The position numbers were made by a program, and so were the translations under genes. A stretch of DNA of 64,000 nucleotides from positions 160,656 to 224,655 of the forward strand of contig JAOPTT010000006.1 in the NCBI GenBank assembly GCA_051531975.1. The letters are read 5' to 3'. This DNA is from Spirochaetaceae bacterium (lineage in GTDB: Bacteria > Spirochaetota > Spirochaetia > DSM-2461). Shown in pieces: positions 10,868 to 20,870 of this stretch; position 1 is the stretch's first letter, and each line of letters begins with the position of its first letter. The notes below the pieces were generated by a model, which was not told the DNA's origin, searched no databases, and worked only from the letters and a program-made list of their open reading frames with translations.

Positions 10868-11725
10868 TTAATACTCATCAAGAAAGCTATGCTTCTCCTT
10901 ATTTTTTGTCCAGCCAATTATTGCATCGGTAAATATATTTTTACTGGACATAAATATACTTTTATCAACATCCTGAAATGTTTCTCCAAGTTTTTTAATT
11001 AGATCTTTAACCTCACGTCTTTTACTAGATGTTTTTTTAGCGGCTACAATACAACCACAATTCATGGCATTTAGTCCATTTTCAGATGTGAACTCTTTTA
11101 TATCGTCCTCTCTAACATAATATAGTGGTCTAATTAACTCCATATTCTCAAAATTAGTTGATTTTAATTTAGGCATCATTGTTTGATATTTACCAGAGCA
11201 TAGAACATTCATCATTATTGTCTCTATTACATCGTCATAGTGGTGACCTAATGCGACTTTGTTACATCCTAACTCCTCTGCCATAGCGTAGAGTGCTCCC
11301 CGCCTCATTCTTGCACATAGGTAACATGGATAGTCATTTGCTATTTTATCTACTACCTTAAATACATCTCTATCGAATATTTTTAAATCGATATCTAAGT
11401 GTTTGCAGTTACTCTTTAGTTGATTCTTATTAGCTTCATTAAAACCAGGATCCATAGAGATAAAGTGAAGGTCAAACTTAAAAGGACCGTGTTTTTGAAG
11501 TTCTTGAAATAGTTTTGCCATTAATAGACTGTCTTTCCCACCGGAAATTGCAACAGCTATTGAATCTCCTTCGTTTACAAGTCCAAACTCTTTAATACCC
11601 TTTATAAAAGGGGTCCATAGAGTTTTTCTCATAGTAGTAATTAGACATTTCTCTATATCTTTAACTGATTGTAGAGCATTTTTAGGTATTATTAACTCAC
11701 AACCACTTCCTGAAACTCCTGACAT
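10868..11725 (-). CDS. ttcA: tRNA 2-thiocytidine biosynthesis protein, TtcA family
   Basis: PP-loop SGGKDS, CYLCARMRRG, ALGHHYDD, LIRPL, C-x-C; SD GGAGG favours the ATG at 11725. Confidence 0.88.
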   Translation of the reverse strand: MSGVSGSGCELIIPKNALQSVKDIEKCLITTMRKTLWTPFIKGIKEFGLVNEGDSIAVAISGGKDSLLMAKLFQELQKHGPFKFDLHFISMDPGFNEANKNQLKSNCKHLDIDLKIFDRDVFKVVDKIANDYPCYLCARMRRGALYAMAEELGCNKVALGHHYDDVIETIMMNVLCSGKYQTMMPKLKSTNFENMELIRPLYYVREDDIKEFTSENGLNAMNCGCIVAAKKTSSKRREVKDLIKKLGETFQDVDKSIFMSSKNIFTDAIIGWTKNKEKHSFLDEY

Positions 11726-11920
11726 TATCATCCTCCGTTTGTAGGATATTATTTAGGAAATTGGTAATGAAATCAAGATAATATACACTAATATTGATAG
11801 TATAATTATTTCTATAATTTGTAATCCTTAATTTAAGGGATTGAAGATCCTGAGAATTTAAAGTTGAACACATATAAAATATATATGAAGGGAATGGTAA
11901 AGCTCTGAAAAAGTTTTAGA

Positions 11921-12607
11921 TTTAGTTGGAGGAGGTAAACATCATCTATCAGGAGATATCTCTCTAGTTCATAATGGTTATATGTTCATAGATGAAATAG
12001 CTGAGTTTAAAACTTCTATAATACAAAGTTTAAGAAAGCCAATGGAGGAGAGAGTGGTATCTTTGAATAGGGCAAATGTTTCAGCTTGGTATTCTGTAAA
12101 TTTTAGACTAATAACAACAACTAACCCATGCTCATGTGTAAACTTAGGTAAAGAAGATGGTATTTGTATGTGCTCTTAAAAAGAGATTAAACGATATTGG
12201 AAACGAATAGGTTTCGCAATTATAGATTGGATTGAAATAAGGGTTTCTGTGTTTCCTATTCAACTAAAGTAATGCTTGGGATAATGGTGCTAATTCAAGG
12301 GATATTAAGATGAAGTTTTATCTTGCTGTTAATAGACAAAGAAAACGATATAAAGACTTATTAATCTCCTGTAATGCTAAGAATATCATCTATTGAAATT
12401 GATAAGTTTTGCTACCTATCTGAAGAATTAAAACAGATGTTTATTAAAAGTATTAACTCCTTGTCTTTATCATCAAGAGGTTGTCATTCTGAACTTAAAT
12501 GTAGAACTATTGCTGATTTAGAAAGGTCAGAAAACATAACATAGATACATATAATAGATGCATTTACTTATAGAAGGTATAAAGATGAGGATTATTATTT
12601 TAGTTGA
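11921..12607 (+). pseudogene. comM: comM remnant, copy B2 (LVGGG to the natural stop)
   Basis: [39 protein letters not shown]; multiple stops and frameshifts. Confidence 0.9.
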
Positions 12608-12668
12608 ATATGTCCAATCCAAGTTTATGTTTTTATTTCAATTTTAAATCACCACTTCCATTTTATAA

Positions 12669-12697
12669 TTGACAATAAATAAGCTGTCTTATATAAT
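12669..12697 (+). promoter_or_regulatory. Consensus sigma70 promoter of the leaderless caspase-family gene
   Basis: TTGACA-17 nt-TATAAT, ATG 6 nt later, no SD. Confidence 0.85.
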
Positions 12698-12703
12698 TAT
12701 TTT

Positions 12704-13912
12704 ATGAAAAAGTTATATTTCTTTCTAATATTTATCTTAATTAGTTTTAATTTAATATATTCTGAAAATAGAGTAGCTCTAGTAATTGGCAACGGAAATT
12801 ATTCCAGTAGTCCTCTTAAAAATCCTGTTAATGATGCAAAAGATATGGCATCAACTCTTAAGACTCTAAATTTTGAAGTTATACTTTTAACAGACTCTAC
12901 TAAAAGAGAAATTTTATCAGGTTTTAAAACCTTTAGTAATAAATTAAATTCCGAGAGTGTAGGGCTTTTCTATTATGCAGGACATGGAACACAAATAGAT
13001 AATAAGAATTATTTAATTCCTATAGGTGCTAACATAGAAACAGCTTCTGATGTTGAATTCGAAGGTGTGGTCCTAGACCGTCTTATTAGAACCATGGAAG
13101 ATTCTAAGGTAAATAAGAGTCTAATATTTTTAGATGCGTGTAGAGATAATCCTTATGCTTCTTCAAGTAGATCAGGAACTAGAGGTTTAACAGTCGTTTC
13201 TACAACTTTAAGTGCAGATTCTGCCGGATCATTAATATCTTTTGCAACCAGTCCTGGATCGGTTGCTGCAGATGGTGATGGCGATAATGGTATATTTACA
13301 ACCGCATTGTTAAAATATTTGACAGAACCTGGGTTAGAAATAAACCAAATAATGGTAAAAGTTCGTGCTAATGTCATGGAAAATACAAATGGACAACAAC
13401 AACCATGGACAAATGTTTCGTTAACAGAGGAGTTTTACTTTTCTAAAAAAATTATCGAAACTGTTGAAACTGTTGAAGTTATTAACACTGATAGTCCTTT
13501 AGTGGTTGAACCCGTAATTACTCCTAACTCCAAAATAAACAAATGGTATATTGATACAGGTTTCGTTTTTTTATACCACGATTCAACAGAATCAGGTCAA
13601 ATTGCTTTTCCTGGTATTAGTATTGGTGCTTCATATACAATTTCCAATTTTATATCTTTAGGTATAGCAGGAGCTTTAGTTAATAAAATGTTTATAAATA
13701 CTGGTACAGAAATGGAAGATGAAGGGGAAGAAGGCTTATACCCTGGAGGTTATGTTACTGTATCTATTGGTAATGTTAAAAATGGAGCTGCAATTAATGT
13801 AATTCTGGGACTACCAATTGGTTTCGGTATTTCATACAAGAACCTTTTTGTTAACTTCTTAACACTTGTAGATTATGGTGGTTCAGGTTTACAAATTGGT
13901 TATTCATTTTAA
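12704..13912 (+). CDS. Secreted caspase-family (peptidase C14) protein with C-terminal beta-barrel-like domain
   Basis: Signal peptide; RVALVIGN, YYAGHG and LDAC catalytic dyad; amphipathic C-terminal strands ending GYSF. Confidence 0.88.
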   Translation: MKKLYFFLIFILISFNLIYSENRVALVIGNGNYSSSPLKNPVNDAKDMASTLKTLNFEVILLTDSTKREILSGFKTFSNKLNSESVGLFYYAGHGTQIDNKNYLIPIGANIETASDVEFEGVVLDRLIRTMEDSKVNKSLIFLDACRDNPYASSSRSGTRGLTVVSTTLSADSAGSLISFATSPGSVAADGDGDNGIFTTALLKYLTEPGLEINQIMVKVRANVMENTNGQQQPWTNVSLTEEFYFSKKIIETVETVEVINTDSPLVVEPVITPNSKINKWYIDTGFVFLYHDSTESGQIAFPGISIGASYTISNFISLGIAGALVNKMFINTGTEMEDEGEEGLYPGGYVTVSIGNVKNGAAINVILGLPIGFGISYKNLFVNFLTLVDYGGSGLQIGYSF

Positions 13913-13941
13913 ACTATACATATTAATTTCCGAAATATATA

Positions 13942-13969
13942 TAGATTAATAGAAACTGCAAATCCTTGC
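13942..13969 (+). pseudogene. comM: Tiny comM remnant, copy C (RLIETANPC)
   Basis: 23/28 nt match to copy A TAGGTTAATAGCAACTGCAAACCCATGT. Confidence 0.55.
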
Positions 13970-14341
13970 ACATACTATGGTTTTTTAAGCTAATGTAGAA
14001 AATCTCCCAATTAGATTACTTCTCTCTAAAGATCTCGTGTGTTTCAAGTAGACACACAAGGGCAAATAAAGGTTATATAAGTTCGTCAATTTTAGATTGT
14101 ATTAGAAAAGTAGAAAGTTTATCCATAATTCGATCACATTTATACCCATAGTGGCTTTGTTTATTCTCCCAGGAATATGATTGCTTCACATAAGTCTTTT
14201 CGTTTTGTCATTGTAATAATATATTCATAAAAATTAATTTAATATCAAATGATAGCCCCAATTGGTAAGCTCTGTTCTTGAATAAAAAGATTGTAATTTT
14301 ATCAGAAAATTGATTTAGAATTATCATTTTAGATTTTAATA

Positions 14342-14484
14342 ATATAAAAGTTGAATAAAAACAACAAGGATTATTCATAAATCCTACTAAAATGGTATAT
14401 AATAAGAATTTTAGGTTTTATATATATAAAGTTGCATAAAAATAACAAAATTCATTCATATATCCTACCAAAATGGTATATAAT
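14342..14484 (+). repeat. Tandem duplicated ~62-bp promoter-like unit (period ~81 bp)
   Basis: Two copies of AAAGTTG.ATAAAAA.AACAA...TTCATA.ATCCTAC.AAAATGGTATATAAT. Confidence 0.85.
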
Positions 14485-14525
14485 TAAATTATATATTTTA
14501 TATTATTAATTGTAGAGGATATATC

Positions 14526-17504
14526 ATGAAAATTAAAAGAACAGGAATTATTAAAAGTTATTTATTTATATCAATCTTATCTATTATATTAGGCGCTTGT
14601 TCTAACCCTTTGATTACTGACCTGATGGAAACACTGGAAAATGATGTCGTTGAAGCTCAAGCCGGTGACCCTCCTGTTTTGGAATCTTTGAATGTTGCAG
14701 ATGGCGCTGTAGATATCTCCACCTCAATTGTTCTCTCAGTCGAATTCAAAGTTGAAATGGATCCTCTTACAATAATAAGTGAAAATATAACCCTTTCTAA
14801 AGCCCAGAATGATGTCGTTATAAGTTCTGCTATTGTATATGACGATGCTACAAAAACATTTTCTCTAACTCCTTCGTCAACTCTTGATAAAGAAGCTGAA
14901 TATAAGCTTTCTATCACTACCAGTGTTAAGAGTCTACAGGGTGCTGCTCTTGAGAGTGAAATTGTCAGAAATTTTACAACCAGATATTTTCATGATACAG
15001 AAGTTGGAATCCAACTGTATTATTCCAGCAACAATCTTGTCTTGAATTCTGGAGCACCAATTTATATTGAATTCTGGTCATCTCCTCTTCAATATGTTCC
15101 CAGTAATACACCAACAACGATCCTTGTTCTTTCATCCCCTGTAATAACATCTGCCGGTAAAATTGCTATTCCTATTTCATCCTTTCCAGCGGGTTTTTCT
15201 TCAGGTATGTTTAAGTTTTTTCATGATATAAATGGTAGCTATGGATCTGATTCAGATTCAGATGATAGTGCAGATTCTATTTATTGGTATAACTCTTCTG
15301 GTAGTGGTAATATGTCTCCTGATGATAGTGAAGATTCCGGTTATGAATTCATGGTAAACCAGGATGTTAATGATCGTTTTATGTTTGTAGATTCTGGGGG
15401 GACTTCTATTCCTGTTGATGGAAGTGGTTTGCCAACTTCTACTCCTGCTTTCTACAGTTTGAAAGATAATTTTCTTTTATCAGCAGGTAATGGATATACT
15501 ATAAACTATACTGATGGAAGTGCATTTGCAGCTGATCCTTTTGAAACAGCTGAATCTTCAAATAACTATAGAAACATTGATCATGGTACTTACGAGATCG
15601 CTAGAAATCTTCATTCTCTGGATGATGTTGATTATTTTACATTTACACCAGCATCTAGTGATGTTTATGAAATTCGTGTTAATGAATCAGAATTTGAATT
15701 TCAGGTGGGACTGTATTCTAGCGAGTCTAATATGTTAACTGATTCTAGTCCTCTTGCTACTCCGAACAATGGTTCAGCTGCCCGTGTTGTAAACGGCACT
15801 GGGACATTTCTTACAGGAGGATCTACATATTATATACGAGTTGAAAGCCCTTCCAGTGGAATGGGACCCTATGAGATTGGATATTTTTACAAACCTGCCA
15901 CACCAGATGCTGCTGAAGATGCAGATGATGTTATAGGCACCGCTCCTGCATTAACCTTAGGAAGGTCAAATGCGCTTACCAGAACCCTAGAAGCAGGTAG
16001 CGACACAGATTATTATTCTTTTGACCTGGTTAATGGATGGGATTACATTGTTGAAGTTGTAGAAGATCCAACTTATTTCAATTTTTCAGCAGAATCCAGA
16101 AATATTGATTTTAATCTCAGGTTTTACAAAGATGGTACACCACAGGGATCCTTTGCTCCATTTCCTAATACGATGATTATCCCAGGTTCCGATGACTGGA
16201 ATTACCCCGATACAAGCAACTACCATATTGAAGTTCAGAACAACTCAACACCGATTGGTGATGAACAGGATCTACCAAGTGGTCAGTACAAGATACTTAT
16301 AACATATTCTTTCGACGGGAGTGATCAGGCTAATAATCCAAATACAGACCCAACAAATGAATATGATAATTGGAACGAACACGGTCCGGCCTCTTACCAG
16401 GCATCGGTTTATGTCTCTCCAGGAACTAAGGGAAGGGAACGGACTATCTACTCTACTACTGAAGTAAATCCTGAGGATGATGTAGACTGGATAAGGTTTT
16501 ATGTTGCAGATATATATGATTATTACAATTTTAAGGCTGAACCTATAGCTGGAGCCGACGGAGTTGTTGTTGACTTTGAAATCTATGGTTCAACTACTGT
16601 ATCAAGTGAGATTGTACCGGATACAGGTTCAGGCTCAGTAGCTTCATCTCAGCAATGGGTATCAGACACATCAATAAGAACAGCCAGTTTTTATCCACTT
16701 ACTGCCCGGACTTATGTTGATGAATCAAATCCAAGCTCTGAAGAACACTACTGGTGGGCGAAGGTTACAAGGGACTCTTCACATTCGGGTAATCCTATAA
16801 CCGGAGCTTATAACTTTAAATATCTGACAGGTCCCGACTGGATGGATATAGATTATCCGGACTCAGAGGTTGATGTATATTCAGGAACTTATGCTGAAAA
16901 TAATATTGTTTATACCGGCGGAATGGATGAAACGCCATGGATAGGAAAACCATTTTCAGATGCTGGCTATGATTTTGAGACAAGAAATGAACTTATCTGG
17001 GGAAATATGGGTGGAAATCCAGATATTGAGATAGAGTACAACTCATTGTTTAGAAGAGATTATAATTATTCTTCTTCAGGTGAATGGGACGGTGTGACTG
17101 ATAAAGGTACAGATTTTGATTTCAAGTGGTTCCAGATGCCTACAAGTCCACCAACTATTATACCTTTTAATATTGTAATCTACTCAAGGGCTGAATATAC
17201 AATACCAGTTAAACTTAGTGTCTGGCGGATTACTCAGGCTCAATGGACTACATTATCATCAGACAGATATATCACTGAAGCTGAACTAAACGCAACAGAT
17301 ACGCCAACACTTTATTATACTAGTTATGAAACAGGTGAAGAAACCGATAAACTTGAAATTATTGATTATTCAGATGTAGCGGAAACAGATTATATATTCA
17401 TGAAATTTGAAATTGATGATTCTAGAACAACATATGTAGACGGTGACGGAGTGACACAGAATTATTCGAATTCTGGAGCATATCAAATCTGGATATTCAG
17501 ATAG
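14526..17504 (+). CDS. Large acidic surface lipoprotein with Ig-like (Big_5/SbsA-type) domain and PPC-like repeats
   Basis: Lipobox LGAC; Ig-like LTPSSTLDKEAEYKLSI...FTT; repeated DxDY/W-x-F motifs. Confidence 0.8.
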   Translation: MKIKRTGIIKSYLFISILSIILGACSNPLITDLMETLENDVVEAQAGDPPVLESLNVADGAVDISTSIVLSVEFKVEMDPLTIISENITLSKAQNDVVISSAIVYDDATKTFSLTPSSTLDKEAEYKLSITTSVKSLQGAALESEIVRNFTTRYFHDTEVGIQLYYSSNNLVLNSGAPIYIEFWSSPLQYVPSNTPTTILVLSSPVITSAGKIAIPISSFPAGFSSGMFKFFHDINGSYGSDSDSDDSADSIYWYNSSGSGNMSPDDSEDSGYEFMVNQDVNDRFMFVDSGGTSIPVDGSGLPTSTPAFYSLKDNFLLSAGNGYTINYTDGSAFAADPFETAESSNNYRNIDHGTYEIARNLHSLDDVDYFTFTPASSDVYEIRVNESEFEFQVGLYSSESNMLTDSSPLATPNNGSAARVVNGTGTFLTGGSTYYIRVESPSSGMGPYEIGYFYKPATPDAAEDADDVIGTAPALTLGRSNALTRTLEAGSDTDYYSFDLVNGWDYIVEVVEDPTYFNFSAESRNIDFNLRFYKDGTPQGSFAPFPNTMIIPGSDDWNYPDTSNYHIEVQNNSTPIGDEQDLPSGQYKILITYSFDGSDQANNPNTDPTNEYDNWNEHGPASYQASVYVSPGTKGRERTIYSTTEVNPEDDVDWIRFYVADIYDYYNFKAEPIAGADGVVVDFEIYGSTTVSSEIVPDTGSGSVASSQQWVSDTSIRTASFYPLTARTYVDESNPSSEEHYWWAKVTRDSSHSGNPITGAYNFKYLTGPDWMDIDYPDSEVDVYSGTYAENNIVYTGGMDETPWIGKPFSDAGYDFETRNELIWGNMGGNPDIEIEYNSLFRRDYNYSSSGEWDGVTDKGTDFDFKWFQMPTSPPTIIPFNIVIYSRAEYTIPVKLSVWRITQAQWTTLSSDRYITEAELNATDTPTLYYTSYETGEETDKLEIIDYSDVAETDYIFMKFEIDDSRTTYVDGDGVTQNYSNSGAYQIWIFR

Positions 17505-17595
17505 CATGATAATAGTTGCGAGCGTAGATTACCGTACAATTATCAACCTGTCCTGTTTTGAAGAATATACTAATTACGATTAAAGGAAGAACAAT

Positions 17596-19680
17596 ATGAG
17601 AGAAGTCAGATATTATTTAATTATTTGTTTATTTTTAAGTCTAGTCACTTTGTTATCAGCCCAGAATTCAAATTTCTCTATTGATCTCAATCCTAAAATA
17701 AGTATACCAATGCGGACAAGCGCCGACCTCTATTCAATTGGTGGAGGTGCAGTTTTATCCGGTACATATGATCCATCATTACCTTATTATATTAAGGGAG
17801 GAATAGGATATGAATTAATCCCCACTCTAGCTACAGAAAATATGAATTTAATAACAGGTTCTATTGGTGGTGGATTACGACTTGATATTGGTGATTTTAT
17901 TACTTACCGCCTAGGTGCTTATGGTGGTGCTTATCTTGTCTCATACGACGATATAACAGCGTGGAACCCTTATGGTGGCGCAGAGACCGGATTACAGTTT
18001 AATATTACAAAGTCAATTCAAGTTTCGTTAATGGGATCATATGATTATTATGTTGGAGAAATTCTTACAACTCCATCTATTTCAGAAGAGTCTTTTTTTG
18101 AAGGAGTATCTGCATTTATAGGAATTTCCTTTAATCCCGGAGCTATCTCAGGCTCTGGTATAAGACGTCCTCGAATGGAAATTTTCCCACCTTCGTTTAA
18201 TTCAATCTTTCCAGTATTTTATCAATACTACAACGATAATACTTTAGGTTCTGTAATAATTCGTAATGATGAAAAAAATACTATTACAGATGTTAAGGTA
18301 AGTTTTTTTGTTAATCAGTTTATGGAAGCCCCAAAACTAAGTGCAGTAATAGATGAATTAAAGAGTGGGGAAGAAGTAGAAATACCTTTATATGGTTTAT
18401 TTAAAGATTCTGTTCTGGGAGTTACTGAAGTTACTACAGTAACTGCACAGATTTTTGTTGAATATAATGAAGATGAAGATATCTTAAATACCTCTTTTTC
18501 TGAAAGTATAAAAATATTAAACCGAAATAATATGACCTGGGATGATGATAGAAAAGCTGCTGCATTTGTTACAGCCAATGATCCTACAGTTCTTAGATTT
18601 GCCCGAAATATTGCTTCATCAATAAGAAGTGATAGAAAAACTGCTGTAAATGAAAATCTGAGAAATGCAATGGCTATTTTTCAGGCTTTAAATATTTTTG
18701 GTATGAGATATGTCATCGACCCTGATTCGTCCTATATTGAATTATCTGAAAATGAAAAATTTCTTGATTTTCTTCAATTTCCCCAACAAACATTGGATTA
18801 TCGAACAGGAGACTGTGATGATTTATCTATTCTATATTCTGCACTACTTGAATCAGTTGGAATTCGAACTGCATTTATTACTATTCCAGGTCATATTTAT
18901 ATGGCTTTTGCTCTAGATATGGATGAAAAAAAAGCAATTAAAACATTTTCACAACCAAATAATTTAATTATTGTAGATGATGAGGCCTGGGTACCTGTTG
19001 AGATAACAATGATGAAAGATGATTTTCTGTCTGCCTGGAAAACAGGAGCAAAACAGTGGAGGGAAAATAATCCCGTAGGGCTCGCAGGGATGTATAAGAT
19101 AAGAGATGCATGGAAAACTTATTCTCCTACAGGATTTGCATCAACAGCTTTAGATGTGAATGTTCCTCAAACAACAGAAGTTTTACCTAATTACTTAAAA
19201 ATTTTGAATACTTTTATTAAACAGGAAATTGGTCCTCGTGTAATAGATCTGAAAAAAAGAATTATTGCTAGTAACAATAATCCCCGGGTAATAAACAGTC
19301 TAGGAATATTATATGCTAGATATGGTTTATATGATGAAGCTAGTGAACAATTTAATCTTGCTGTTAAAACAGATGAATATCTTCCGTCCCTTATTAATCT
19401 TGGAAATATTGCTTTTTTAAATAAAGAAACTGAAATAGCACGTGGTTATTTGGAGCGTGCCAGAGTTGTTAGGGATGATCATCCAAAAGTTCTTGTGAAA
19501 CTTGCTAGAATACATTTTGATCTTGAAGAATATAAAAAGGCAACTAAAAGGTATAGAGAAGCAGAGGTCATTGATCCAGAAATTGTCCAGGCTTATAGTT
19601 ATATTGTTAACGAAAATAAAGATTCAGCTAGAGCCTCTGCAGCACAGGAACGTAATATAGTTTCATGGGATGAGGAATAA
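17596..19680 (+). CDS. Secreted protein: beta-barrel-like N-terminus, transglutaminase-like core, TPR tail
   Basis: Signal peptide, Gly/aromatic alternating strands, GDCDD...PGHI...WVPVE, TPR-like C-terminus. Confidence 0.75.
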   Translation: MREVRYYLIICLFLSLVTLLSAQNSNFSIDLNPKISIPMRTSADLYSIGGGAVLSGTYDPSLPYYIKGGIGYELIPTLATENMNLITGSIGGGLRLDIGDFITYRLGAYGGAYLVSYDDITAWNPYGGAETGLQFNITKSIQVSLMGSYDYYVGEILTTPSISEESFFEGVSAFIGISFNPGAISGSGIRRPRMEIFPPSFNSIFPVFYQYYNDNTLGSVIIRNDEKNTITDVKVSFFVNQFMEAPKLSAVIDELKSGEEVEIPLYGLFKDSVLGVTEVTTVTAQIFVEYNEDEDILNTSFSESIKILNRNNMTWDDDRKAAAFVTANDPTVLRFARNIASSIRSDRKTAVNENLRNAMAIFQALNIFGMRYVIDPDSSYIELSENEKFLDFLQFPQQTLDYRTGDCDDLSILYSALLESVGIRTAFITIPGHIYMAFALDMDEKKAIKTFSQPNNLIIVDDEAWVPVEITMMKDDFLSAWKTGAKQWRENNPVGLAGMYKIRDAWKTYSPTGFASTALDVNVPQTTEVLPNYLKILNTFIKQEIGPRVIDLKKRIIASNNNPRVINSLGILYARYGLYDEASEQFNLAVKTDEYLPSLINLGNIAFLNKETEIARGYLERARVVRDDHPKVLVKLARIHFDLEEYKKATKRYREAEVIDPEIVQAYSYIVNENKDSARASAAQERNIVSWDEE

Positions 19681-19708
19681 CGTTTATGAAATATTTCTAT
19701 GTTAAAAT

Positions 19709-20278
19709 ATGGTGAAAAATTGTACAATTAAAAATATATTTCCAGGTGAATATTATGTTTCAAATAGAGGCGAAGTAATTTCTACAATTCTTGGTTCATG
19801 TATATCAGTTTGTCTTTACGACACAGTCAATAACATTAGTGGTATGAATCATTTCATGTTACCAGAAAGACTATCATCAGCTTTTGTTACTAATGATTAT
19901 GATTTTGATAGTTCATCACTTCTTAACAATTCTCTACGTTATGGTGCTTACTCTATGGAGTTATTGATAAATGAGATTATTAAATTGGGTGGTGAAAAAA
20001 AGTACTTGAATGCTAAGGTCTTTGGTGGTGGTAAAGTTCTCAATTATATAAGTGATAGACAATCTATTGGAGAGCAAAATACTGATTTTGTATTAGCTTT
20101 TTTAAAGGCTGAAAACATTGAAGTTATCAGTAAAGATGTAGGTGGTAATACTGGTCGTCAGATTAAGTATTATACAGATCGAGATGTAGTATATGTAAAG
20201 AATATACCTATAAGTGGTATTCCAGAAGTTGAAGAAACTATACCAGAAACTGGTAAAGTTATACTCTTCAATATATAA
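19709..20278 (+). CDS. cheD: Chemoreceptor glutamine deamidase CheD
   Basis: PGEYY, TILGSCISVCLYD, GMNHFMLP, AKVFGGG, DVGG..GR. Confidence 0.92.
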   Translation: MVKNCTIKNIFPGEYYVSNRGEVISTILGSCISVCLYDTVNNISGMNHFMLPERLSSAFVTNDYDFDSSSLLNNSLRYGAYSMELLINEIIKLGGEKKYLNAKVFGGGKVLNYISDRQSIGEQNTDFVLAFLKAENIEVISKDVGGNTGRQIKYYTDRDVVYVKNIPISGIPEVEETIPETGKVILFNI

Positions 20279-20289
20279 AATAGAGAGTC

Positions 20290-20712
20290 TTAATTAAAGA
20301 ACTCTTTAAAGGAATCAAAACCTTTAAATTTTGCATCTATCAAAGCAACATAAGTTTCTTCATTAGATGAGAAAAAAGTTCCTTTTTTTGAGCTATAATG
20401 AACAGCTTGATTTTTTAAAATGCTTTCTTGAATATTTTTATCCACTATAATAATAAAAGTACTGGTGCTATCAGGATTATCTTTTAATCTATTTGAATGT
20501 GATTTCATATACTCTAAAAAATCTTGAGGACCCAAATCCCACAGTCTAAAATCCAAAATCATAACCCAAGGTTTTTCTATTTTTGGTCTAATTATATCTA
20601 ACTCTTTTTCAAGATCGATAAAGAGTTCAACATTTGTTGATCCTTCTATACTTACATATAATATATCAAGAAATAATTTAATTTTGTATTTACCATGAGC
20701 ACGTTTAATCAT
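20290..20712 (-). CDS. Hypothetical protein (STAS/SEC14-like alpha/beta)
   Basis: 140-aa ORF with own promoter TTGAAA-17-TAATAT; PWVMILDFRLW motif. Confidence 0.6.
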   Translation of the reverse strand: MIKRAHGKYKIKLFLDILYVSIEGSTNVELFIDLEKELDIIRPKIEKPWVMILDFRLWDLGPQDFLEYMKSHSNRLKDNPDSTSTFIIIVDKNIQESILKNQAVHYSSKKGTFFSSNEETYVALIDAKFKGFDSFKEFFN

Positions 20713-20870
20713 AATTTAATATTAAGTCAGACAAAGGTGCATTTCAAGAGCTACAATTTACTTCTGTGTAATATTCTTCTTAATACAGATATAAATATAC
20801 TCTTAAACTCTCGAGAATATTCTTTTCCGTCAAAGTACTTAAAATCAGTTAATGAAGATTTTTATTATGA

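Noticed and set aside
10856..11920. Tn7-like transposon carrying ttcA (5-bp repeat in comM)
   Set aside because: No TGT...ACA ends, repeated TnsB sites or tns genes; kept only as an unexplained insertion.
7197..12607. Diversity-generating retroelement TR/VR pair explaining the diverged repeats
   Set aside because: Differences are not adenine-specific but mostly synonymous, and no reverse transcriptase is present.
14030..14085. Hairpin next to GTTATAT resembling an integron attC (similar case at 28840-28905)
   Set aside because: No complementary R''/R' core pair at suitable spacing and no intI in the window.
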